Source: Alphaproteobacteria bacterium
GTDB lineage: Bacteria; Pseudomonadota; Alphaproteobacteria; Rhodospirillales; Magnetospirillaceae
Assembly (NCBI GenBank): GCA_015232025.1
Contig: JADGAL010000001.1
Location: 1 to 54,722, forward strand
Length of the DNA stretch: 54,722 nucleotides
Direction of reading: 5' to 3'
The position numbers were made by a program, and so were the translations under genes. Positions 32,095 through 39,299 of the stretch are shown one piece after another; position 1 is the stretch's first letter, and the number at the start of each line of letters is the position of its first letter. Under the pieces are notes generated by a model that worked only from the letters and a program-made list of their open reading frames with translations, was not told the origin of the DNA and made no database searches.

Positions 32095-32299
32095 AGCCTG
32101 ATCGAATGGCGAATTCGGCGGGGATTCAGCGGCTTGCGCGACAGATCGAAAGACTGGAGGCTCATCCGAATGGAAGGGCAACTTCCAGGCATGGACAATC
32201 GCCTTTCATATCGCGGGCGGCTTGCCGAGACCGTAAGGATGGGCGCAAGATCGGAACAAGGCCGAAAAGGCGAAGCGCGATACGGAGAGGGGAAACGCC

Positions 32300-32683
32300 A
32301 TGCTGATCACTTGGACGGAAGACTACGCCACGGGGCACCGCGAGATCGACGCCGACCATCGCCGCATCGCCGATCTGGTCAACATGATGAACGACCGCAT
32401 GCAGTCGGCGCCCGACGCGATCGACGAGGCGTTCCGCACCCTGGAAAGCTATGTGGCGACGCATTTCGAGCGCGAGGAACGGCTGATGGCCGAATGGGCC
32501 TATCCCGGACTGGCCGAGCAGAAGACCGAGCACGCCGCGCTGATCCGCGAACTCCAATCGATAGGCAAGACGCTCGGCCGCGACGAAATGGCCGTCTCGC
32601 GGCTGGTGATGTTTCTGGCGAAGTGGTGGGCCGCCCATATCGGGCGCAGCGACATGAAGTACGTGCCCTACATCAAAAAATGA
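32300..32683 (+). CDS. bacteriohemerythrin-like metal-binding protein
   Basis: MLITWTEDYATGHREIDADHRRIADLVN...HFEREERLM...EHAALI...WWAAHIGRSD carries the His/Glu/Asp ligand pattern of hemerythrin. Confidence 0.85.
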   Translation: MLITWTEDYATGHREIDADHRRIADLVNMMNDRMQSAPDAIDEAFRTLESYVATHFEREERLMAEWAYPGLAEQKTEHAALIRELQSIGKTLGRDEMAVSRLVMFLAKWWAAHIGRSDMKYVPYIKK

Positions 32684-32952
32684 GCGGCGACTGGTGGACC
32701 TACGTCATCGTCAACGCGCGTGACGTCGCCTATACGGGTTGCACGCGCGACTTGGCCCGCCGACTGGCCCAGCACAACGAGGGAACGGGCGCGCGATTCC
32801 CCAGGGGCCGCGGACCGTGGACGCTGGCCCATGTCGAAGGCCCGTTCGACCATGGCGAGGCGCTGCGCCGCGAGGCGGAAATCAAGCGCGACGACGCCCT
32901 GAAGCGGCGCATCAAGGAGGCGTATCGCGGCCAACCCGCCGATGTTCGCTGA
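32680..32952 (+). CDS. small GIY-YIG (YhbQ/UPF0213-like) nuclease-domain protein
   Basis: ATG 32680 overlaps the hemerythrin stop (ATGA). WWTYVIVNARDVAYTGCTRDLARRLAQHNEG...EALRREAEIKR. Only the last 90 codons of track ORF 32008..32952 are coding. Confidence 0.8.
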   Translation: MSGDWWTYVIVNARDVAYTGCTRDLARRLAQHNEGTGARFPRGRGPWTLAHVEGPFDHGEALRREAEIKRDDALKRRIKEAYRGQPADVR

Positions 32953-33310
32953 ACACGTCGCGCAGACGGCAGAACATCTTCAGAAGCGGGCGCGGCGGCG
33001 CCGGGGTGACCTGGGCGGCCCGCCACTCGGCCACCGCCAGGGCGGGATCGGTCTGGCCCGTGAGCACCGGCTCGATGCCGCGGGCGCGCATGCGGCTTAG
33101 GAAGCCCTCGCCGGCATGGCCGGCGATCACGGCGGCCACGCCGTCCAGCGGATGCGGACCGTCATCCTTCCAGTGATGAAAGACCTGCTCCTTGGTCAGT
33201 TCCAGCCGCGCCGGCTGGGCGGCGCCCTCGTCGAACACCAGCCAGCGCCGCGCCTGCCCGGCATGGCCGGCGACGGTGACCCAATCGTTGGTGGCGACGG
33301 CGATCCTCAT
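32912..33310 (-). CDS. NifX/NifB-C-terminal-like (dinitrogenase FeMo-cofactor-binding fold) protein
   Basis: ATG 33310. MRIAVATNDWVTVAGHAGQARRWLVFD...LDGVAAVIAGHAGEGFLSRMRARGIEPV. Confidence 0.65.
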   Translation of the reverse strand: MRIAVATNDWVTVAGHAGQARRWLVFDEGAAQPARLELTKEQVFHHWKDDGPHPLDGVAAVIAGHAGEGFLSRMRARGIEPVLTGQTDPALAVAEWRAAQVTPAPPRPLLKMFCRLRDVFSEHRRVGRDTPP

Positions 33311-33330
33311 GGCGGCCCATTTTGCCAAAG

Positions 33331-34485
33331 TCACGACGCCTCGCGCAATCCCCTCCGCCCGTCGCCGATCGCCTCGATCCCGGTGCGGACCTCGAGGTAG
33401 TCGACAAGGTCGCGCAAGGCCAGCACCCCCACCAGGCGCCCCACCGCGTCGGTGACGTAAAGCCGCCCCCGTCCGCCCTCGCGCATGCGGCCCAGCGCCG
33501 TCGCGGCGTCCTCGTCCTGGCCGACCGTGTTGGCTTGGTCGCAGGGGGCCATCACCGCGCGCACCCGCCGCATCGGCCATTCCGTCCGTTCGAAATCGCG
33601 CAACGCGTCAAGCGACACGCAGCCGGTCAGCCGCCCGTCCTCGACCACCGGAAACGACTTGCGCCAATGGCGGTAGAAGTAATCGTCGACCAGCGTCTGC
33701 AAGGTGGTCTGGGCCTCGACCGCCACCGGATCGCTTCGCATGAAGCGGCGCACCGGCTGGCCCGACAGCGCGCTGCGGGCCACCTGCTCGCGATAGCCGC
33801 CGATCGCCGCGGCGCGCACGAACAGGCCGATCAGGAACCACCACACCCCCACCACCACGGCGCCCTGGATCAGGCTGAACAGGCCCAGGGCCATCAGCAG
33901 GAAGGCGAACACGCTGCCGCCCGCGCTGGCCACGCGGGTCGCCCACAGCACGTCCTTGCGCCACGCCCACAGCGCCGAGCGCAGCACCCGCCCGCCATCG
34001 AGCGGAAAGGCCGGGATCATGTTGAAGATGGCGAGCGCCAGATTGATAAAGGCGAGATAGCCGACCACCGCCGCCACCGGCCCGGCGGGCAAGGCGCCCT
34101 CGCCCAGCCGGAACAGCGCGGCCAACCCCAGACTGGTCAGCGGCCCGGCGATCGCCATCAGGAATTCAGCGCGGGGGCTGGGCGGTTCGCCGCCCATCTC
34201 GGCCACCCCGCCGAAGGCGAACAGCGTGATGCCGTGGATCGGCATGGCGTGGCGCCGGGCCACCAACGCGTGGGCGAATTCATGGACGACGATCGAGAAG
34301 GCCAGGCCAAGCAGCCCCAGCACGCCCATCCACCAATAGGCGGCCGTCGCCAGCCCCGGCGCCGCCTGGGGAAACCACCCGGCCGCCAGGCTCCAGACGA
34401 TCAAGACGGCGAGCAGCAGCCAACTGGCGTCGACCCGCACCTCGAAGCCCAGCAACCGGAACAGCGTGACACCTTGCCTGAACAA
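33331..34485 (-). CDS. M50 (site-2 protease family) zinc metalloprotease with tandem CBS domains
   Basis: HEFAHALVAR (HExxH), multiple TM segments, FNMIPAFPLDGGRV. C-terminal CBS pair. TTG start, uncertain. Confidence 0.85.
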   Translation of the reverse strand: MFRQGVTLFRLLGFEVRVDASWLLLAVLIVWSLAAGWFPQAAPGLATAAYWWMGVLGLLGLAFSIVVHEFAHALVARRHAMPIHGITLFAFGGVAEMGGEPPSPRAEFLMAIAGPLTSLGLAALFRLGEGALPAGPVAAVVGYLAFINLALAIFNMIPAFPLDGGRVLRSALWAWRKDVLWATRVASAGGSVFAFLLMALGLFSLIQGAVVVGVWWFLIGLFVRAAAIGGYREQVARSALSGQPVRRFMRSDPVAVEAQTTLQTLVDDYFYRHWRKSFPVVEDGRLTGCVSLDALRDFERTEWPMRRVRAVMAPCDQANTVGQDEDAATALGRMREGGRGRLYVTDAVGRLVGVLALRDLVDYLEVRTGIEAIGDGRRGLREAS

Positions 34486-34499
34486 TCGCTCACTCCCCG

Positions 34500-35162
34500 T
34501 CAGGGGCGGGGGCCGGGATTGGCCCGCCGCATGGCCTCGATCACCTCGTCGTCTCCGACCTGGGCGAAGTCGCGATAGAACGAGCCCACCGCCTGGAAAT
34601 CGTCGGGTTCGGCCAGGACGATCACTTGGGCAACCAAGGGGGTCAGCGCCGCCACCGTCTCGGGCGGGGCCACCGGCACGGCCAGCACCACGGCGCGCGG
34701 CCCTCCACGCAGCACGGCGCGCAGCACGGCGCGCATGGTCGCGCCGGTCGCCATGCCGTCGTCGATCACCACCACGTCGCGGCGATGCAGCGAAACCGGC
34801 GGACGGTCGCCCAGATAAAGGCTGCGCATCCGCTCGATCTCCTCCATCCGGCGGGCGGTCTCGGCCGACAGCCAGGTCTCGGGAATGGCCGCGGCGCGGA
34901 TCAGATCGTCATTCAGCACCACCTCGGCCGACTCGCCGTTGGCGACAACGGCGCCCACCGCCAGTTCCGGCTGCCAGGGAGCGCCGATCTTGCGCACCAG
35001 CGCCAATTCGAGCGGGGCGCCCAACGCCTCGGCCACCTCGGCGGCCACCGGCACGCCGCCACGCGGCAAAGCGAGGATGACCGGATCGCGGCCCGCCAAG
35101 TGGGACAGGCGAGCCGCCAGACGCCGTCCGGCATCGGTACGATCCTCGAACAAGATGGGCAT
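34500..35162 (-). CDS. phosphoribosyltransferase-family protein
   Basis: MPILFEDRTDAGRRLA...VILALPRGGVPVA...VVVIDDGMATGATM (PRPP loop). Confidence 0.8.
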   Translation of the reverse strand: MPILFEDRTDAGRRLAARLSHLAGRDPVILALPRGGVPVAAEVAEALGAPLELALVRKIGAPWQPELAVGAVVANGESAEVVLNDDLIRAAAIPETWLSAETARRMEEIERMRSLYLGDRPPVSLHRRDVVVIDDGMATGATMRAVLRAVLRGGPRAVVLAVPVAPPETVAALTPLVAQVIVLAEPDDFQAVGSFYRDFAQVGDDEVIEAMRRANPGPRP

Positions 35163-35179
35163 CGGTCGACCCTCCTCGT

Positions 35180-36202
35180 TTGTCTGAACAGCGCATGCCG
35201 CCCGGTTGTTTCCGGGGGGTGAGCGCGCGGCTGGGAATTGCCGGCGTGGACGAACGGGTGCTCGCCGCCACGCCGTTCTCGGAGCTGGTCCATCTGGCGC
35301 GCGACCGCGCGGAGCCGGCGCCGCGCCTGTTGCTGGTCGCGCCGCTTTCGGGACATCGGCCGATGGTGCTCCGCGAATTGGCGCTGGGGCTGTTGCCGGC
35401 TCACGACCCGCATCTGCTGTGCTGGCGCGACGCCGCCGAAATTCCGCCCGAGGCCGGGCCTTTCACACTTGACGAGAATGTCGGCCACATCCTGTCGGCG
35501 CTGGTCCGGCTCGGCGAGGGCGTCCATGTGCTTGGTGTCAGCCAGTCTCCCCTGCCCTGCCTGGCCGCCACCGCCTTGGCCGCCGAGCGCGGCGCGGCGC
35601 CCATGCCGGCCTCGCTGATCCTGATGGGCGGGCTGCTCGATCCGGCGCTGGGGCCGACGCCGATCGCCCGCCTCGCCACCGCCTTGCCGCGGGTGGCGCT
35701 GGAACGCATGCTGACCACGGCGCGCAATGGACGGCGGGTCTATCCCGCCACCGCGCAGGCGCTGGCCCTGACCCTTTATCTGCGCCGCCATCTGCTGCGC
35801 GGCGGCGAATTGCGGGGCAAGGCGCTGCGCGACGACGGGATCGAGCGGCGGCGCTTCCCGTTCCTGGCGCTGTTCTACGCCCTGTCGGACCTGCCGGCCG
35901 AGTTGTTCCTGGATCTGATCGACACGGTGTTCCACCACCGCCGCCTGCCCAACCGCACCCTTCTCTACGAGAACCGGCCGGTGCGCCCCGAGGCGATCGC
36001 CCACACCGCGCTGATGACCGTCGAGGGTGGCCGGGACGACGTGTCGGGGCCGGGCCAGACCCACGTCGCGCAGTCCTGGTGCCCCGACGCGCCGGCCCGC
36101 CTAATCCTGACGGTGCCCGAGGCCGGCCATTTCGGCCTGTTCCACGGCCGCCCCTTCCGCGAGACGGTGCTGCCGGCGATCACCGCCTTCGTGCGGCCTT
36201 GA
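35180..36202 (+). CDS. intracellular PHA/PHB depolymerase-like alpha/beta hydrolase
   Basis: LLLVAPLSGH, HVLGVSQSPLPCLAA, LILMGGLLDP, RRVYPA, TALMTVEGGRDDVSGPGQT, GHFGLFHG follow the PhaZ pattern as I recall it. The start is uncertain (TTG 35180, ATG 35195 or GTG 35219). Looks N-terminally short for the family. Confidence 0.65.
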   Translation: MSEQRMPPGCFRGVSARLGIAGVDERVLAATPFSELVHLARDRAEPAPRLLLVAPLSGHRPMVLRELALGLLPAHDPHLLCWRDAAEIPPEAGPFTLDENVGHILSALVRLGEGVHVLGVSQSPLPCLAATALAAERGAAPMPASLILMGGLLDPALGPTPIARLATALPRVALERMLTTARNGRRVYPATAQALALTLYLRRHLLRGGELRGKALRDDGIERRRFPFLALFYALSDLPAELFLDLIDTVFHHRRLPNRTLLYENRPVRPEAIAHTALMTVEGGRDDVSGPGQTHVAQSWCPDAPARLILTVPEAGHFGLFHGRPFRETVLPAITAFVRP

Positions 36203-36605
36203 TGGCGCGCGCCAGGGCGTCGATCTTCGGGGGAGACTCGGTCTCGCATTCCCACAGGACCAGCACCGTCCAACCGTCGGCGCCAAGCGCCGCCCGCACC
36301 TGGGCGTCGCGCTCCCGGTTGCTGCGCATCTTCTCGGTCCACCATTCGACGCGGGTCTTGGGGATGCGATGGCGGGGACAGTCCTGGTGGCCGTGCCAGA
36401 AGCAGCCATGGACCAGAACCACGATCCGCCGCGAGCGAAACACGATGTCCGGGCGCCCCGGCAGGGTCTTGTCGTGCAGCCGATAGCGCAAGCCGGCCGC
36501 CCAAAGCGCCCGGCGCACCCGCATTTCCGGCGCGGTATCCTTGCCGCGCACCCTGGCCATGATTTCGGAACGCGTCAGGGGCGCCTTTCGGGTCCGTCCC
36601 GCCAT
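36180..36605 (-). CDS. vsr: very-short-patch repair endonuclease
   Basis: SEIMARVRGKDTAPEMRVRRALWAAGLRYRLH...LPGRPDIVF...VLVHGCFWHGH. Confidence 0.9.
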   Translation of the reverse strand: MAGRTRKAPLTRSEIMARVRGKDTAPEMRVRRALWAAGLRYRLHDKTLPGRPDIVFRSRRIVVLVHGCFWHGHQDCPRHRIPKTRVEWWTEKMRSNRERDAQVRAALGADGWTVLVLWECETESPPKIDALARAIKAARRR

Positions 36606-36609
36606 CGGA

Positions 36610-37965
36610 TCACCTGGGCAGGGCGATGGTGGCGCGCAGCCCTCCGGCCGGGCGGTTGGCGAGGGTCAAGGCGCCGCCATGCGCCTGGACGATCGACAGC
36701 GTGATCGCCAAGCCCAACCCGATCCCGCCGGTCTCGCGGCTGCGCGACCCCTCCAGGCGGGTGAAGGGTTGCAGCACCCGCTCCCGCTCGGCCTCGGGAA
36801 TGCCGGGGCCGTCGTCGTCGACCGAGATGGTCACCGTCGTCGCGGTGACCTCCAAGGCGATTCGGGCCGCGCCGCCATATTTGATCGCGTTGTCGATCAG
36901 GTTGGCCACCGCCCGGCGCAGCGCCTGGGTCTGGCAGGCCAAGGTCACCGGCGGGGCTTGCTCGATCGACACCTTCAGTCCGGCGTCGGCCATGTCGTCG
37001 ACCAGACTGGCGAGCAGGGCGGTCAGATCGACCGGGCGGCGCGGCTCGGGCGTGGCGTCGTCGCGGGCGAAGGACAGGGTGGCGCCCAGCATGGCGTCCA
37101 TCTCGCCGATGGTGGCCAGCATGCGGTCGCGGTCCTCGCCCGCCTCGACGTTTTCGGCGCGCAGGCGCAGCAGGGTCAGCGGGGTGCGCAGATCGTGCGA
37201 GATGGCGGCCAGCATGGCGGTTCGATTCTCGACCAGCCGCTTGAGGCGCTCCTGCATCTGGTTGAAGGCCTGCGCCGCCCGCCGCATCTCGACGGTGCCG
37301 AGTTCGGCCAAGGGCTCAGCGTCCATGTCGCGGCCCAGCCGCTCGGCGGCCCGCGCCAAGCCGTCCAACGGCGCGGTCAGCCGCCGCACCGCCCAGACCG
37401 AGACGATCAGCAGGACCAGCCCGGTGATCGCCATCGACAGCACGAATTGCCGCGAGACGGCCGGCGCGTCGTCGGGCAGCGCCGTGGCGAACACCAGCCA
37501 GCGGCCATCGGGCAGCGCCACCGCCGCCCGCAATCCCCGCCAATGCCTGGCGCCGCGAAAGCCGGGATGCATCGGGCCGCGATGGCCGAAGCCCGGCGGC
37601 CCGGCCTCGCCCGTGGCGACCGCGACCTTGAGCCGCCGATCCGCCGTGGCCGGCAATTGGCGGGCGACGAAATCCTTGACCGCCTCGGAGACCGGGCCGC
37701 CCTCCTCGTCGAAGGTGGGGGCGGCGCCGGCCAGAGCCACCCGGAAGGTTGGATCGTTGAGCCCCGCGACGATGCGCGGGCGCCAGTCGGGCGGAGCCTC
37801 CTCGATCAGGCGGGTGTTGTTGGCGATGCGCTGGGCGACCGCCAAACCGCCGACCGCGCGCACCGCCTGCTCGCGGTCGCTGCCATAGATCCAGGCGCCG
37901 ATGCCGTGCGACAGCGCCAGCCCCAGCAGCAGGATCAATAGCGTCTGTCCGAACAGGCTTCTCAT
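36610..37965 (-). CDS. EnvZ/CpxA-type sensor histidine kinase
   Basis: ATG 37965 overlaps the regulator stop (ATGA). Two TM segments, HAMP, AAISHDLRTPLT, NLIDNAIKYG, DDGPGIP, GGIGLGLAI. Confidence 0.85.
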   Translation of the reverse strand: MRSLFGQTLLILLLGLALSHGIGAWIYGSDREQAVRAVGGLAVAQRIANNTRLIEEAPPDWRPRIVAGLNDPTFRVALAGAAPTFDEEGGPVSEAVKDFVARQLPATADRRLKVAVATGEAGPPGFGHRGPMHPGFRGARHWRGLRAAVALPDGRWLVFATALPDDAPAVSRQFVLSMAITGLVLLIVSVWAVRRLTAPLDGLARAAERLGRDMDAEPLAELGTVEMRRAAQAFNQMQERLKRLVENRTAMLAAISHDLRTPLTLLRLRAENVEAGEDRDRMLATIGEMDAMLGATLSFARDDATPEPRRPVDLTALLASLVDDMADAGLKVSIEQAPPVTLACQTQALRRAVANLIDNAIKYGGAARIALEVTATTVTISVDDDGPGIPEAERERVLQPFTRLEGSRSRETGGIGLGLAITLSIVQAHGGALTLANRPAGGLRATIALPR

Positions 37966-38672
37966 TCCTCGGCCACCTGGGCGGTCAGCATGTAGCCGCC
38001 ACCCCACACGGTCTTGATGATCTTGGGATCGCCGGGATCGGCTTCGATCTTCTTGCGCAGGCGGCTGACCTGGGTGTCGATGCTGCGATCCAGGGCGACC
38101 GCCGCCCGCCCGCGCGCCAGATCGAGAAGCCGCTCGCGCCCCAGCACTCGTTGCGGCCGTTGGACCAGCACCAGCAGCAAATCGTATTCGCCGGTGCTGA
38201 GCGGCACCGCCACGCCGTCGTCGCGCAGCAATTCGCGCGCCTCGGTATCCAGCACCCAGCGATCGAAGCGATAGCGCCCGCCCTTGGGCCGCGCCTCGGG
38301 CACCCGCCCCCGGCGCAGCACCGCCCTGATCCGCGCGATCAGTTCGCGGCTGCCGAACGGCTTGGGGATGTAGTCGTCGGCGCCCATCTCCAGCCCGATC
38401 ACCCGGTCGATCTCGTCGCCCTTGGCGGTCAGCATGATGATCGGGATGTTGGACTCGGCGCGCAACGCGCGGCACAGCGACAGGCCGTCCTCGCCGGGCA
38501 GCATCAGATCGAGCAGGATCAGATCGATCCGGCCATCGGCCAACGCGCGCCGCATCGCCTTGCCATCGGCGGCGGCGCTGACGCGGAAGCCCTCCTTGAC
38601 CAGCGCGCGGCCGACCAGATCGCGGACCTCGCGGTGATCGTCGACGATCAGGATGTGTGGCGTGGGTTCCAT
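37962..38672 (-). CDS. OmpR/CpxR-family response regulator
   Basis: Receiver (ILIVDD, LILLDLMLPGEDG, MLTAKG) plus a winged-helix output domain (LSTGEYDLLLVL...IKTVWGGGYML). Confidence 0.9.
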   Translation of the reverse strand: MEPTPHILIVDDHREVRDLVGRALVKEGFRVSAAADGKAMRRALADGRIDLILLDLMLPGEDGLSLCRALRAESNIPIIMLTAKGDEIDRVIGLEMGADDYIPKPFGSRELIARIRAVLRRGRVPEARPKGGRYRFDRWVLDTEARELLRDDGVAVPLSTGEYDLLLVLVQRPQRVLGRERLLDLARGRAAVALDRSIDTQVSRLRKKIEADPGDPKIIKTVWGGGYMLTAQVAEE

Positions 38673-38717
38673 ATCGCGATTTTACGGCGGGTGGGCCGAT
38701 GCCGCAGGGGGAAAATT

Positions 38718-38759
38718 GTCACCATTCGTGACGGGCGGCGGTTTTGACACACCCTGTCA
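38718..38759. promoter_or_regulatory. two 5-5-5 palindromes sharing a GTCAC/TGTCA half-site in the divergent regulator/LTXXQ intergenic region
   Basis: GTCAC-cattc-GTGAC at 38718-32 and TGACA-caccc-TGTCA at 38745-59. A further GGTCAC lies at 38777-82. Candidate regulator boxes. Confidence 0.3.
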
Positions 38760-38825
38760 CACATTGGAAAAACCTGGGTCACGGTTTGGGCGTCAAATCA
38801 CCGCGTCAACATGATGGAGGTTCAC

Positions 38826-39242
38826 ATGCGCATTCGTTATCTCGCCGCGGTTCTGCTGGCCGCCACCGTCCTGGGAGGCGCCGCCATCGCCGGCCCGCAT
38901 GGCCATGGGATGGGTGGTCCGCCCAATGTCGAGGCGCTGGAGAGCGAACTGGGCATCACTCCCGACCAGAAGGCCGCCTGGGACGCCTATGCCGAGGTTC
39001 TGAAGCGGAACGCGACCTCCGCCCAGGCCATGCGCCAGGGCGTCGATCCCCGCGCCATGACGCCCGACGACCGCGCCGCCTTCATGACCAAGATGATGGG
39101 CGTCCGCCAGCAGCATTTCGAGTCGGTCAAGGCGGCGGCCGAGGCCCTGCTGCCCTCGCTGAACGAGTTCCAGAAGGGCAAGGCCAGCGCGATGCTGCCG
39201 GGCTTGCGCTCCGGCATGATGGGCTGCCGCGGCCGCACATGA
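38826..39242 (+). CDS. periplasmic CpxP/Spy-like LTXXQ-motif protein
   Basis: Signal peptide MRIRYLAAVLLAATVLGGAAIA. ITPDQKAAW (LTXXQ-like). Helical and Met-rich. Divergent from the two-component operon. Confidence 0.65.
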   Translation: MRIRYLAAVLLAATVLGGAAIAGPHGHGMGGPPNVEALESELGITPDQKAAWDAYAEVLKRNATSAQAMRQGVDPRAMTPDDRAAFMTKMMGVRQQHFESVKAAAEALLPSLNEFQKGKASAMLPGLRSGMMGCRGRT

Positions 39243-39299
39243 GGGTTGACCCGGAGGCCTCGTATCGCCATTACCGGAGATCATTCCGGGAGGCCTCCG

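Noticed and set aside
31999-32181. 60-aa minus-strand ORF in the hydrogenase/hemerythrin intergenic region
   Set aside because: It has no RBS, no GC3 bias and no motif. It overlaps the candidate promoter region.
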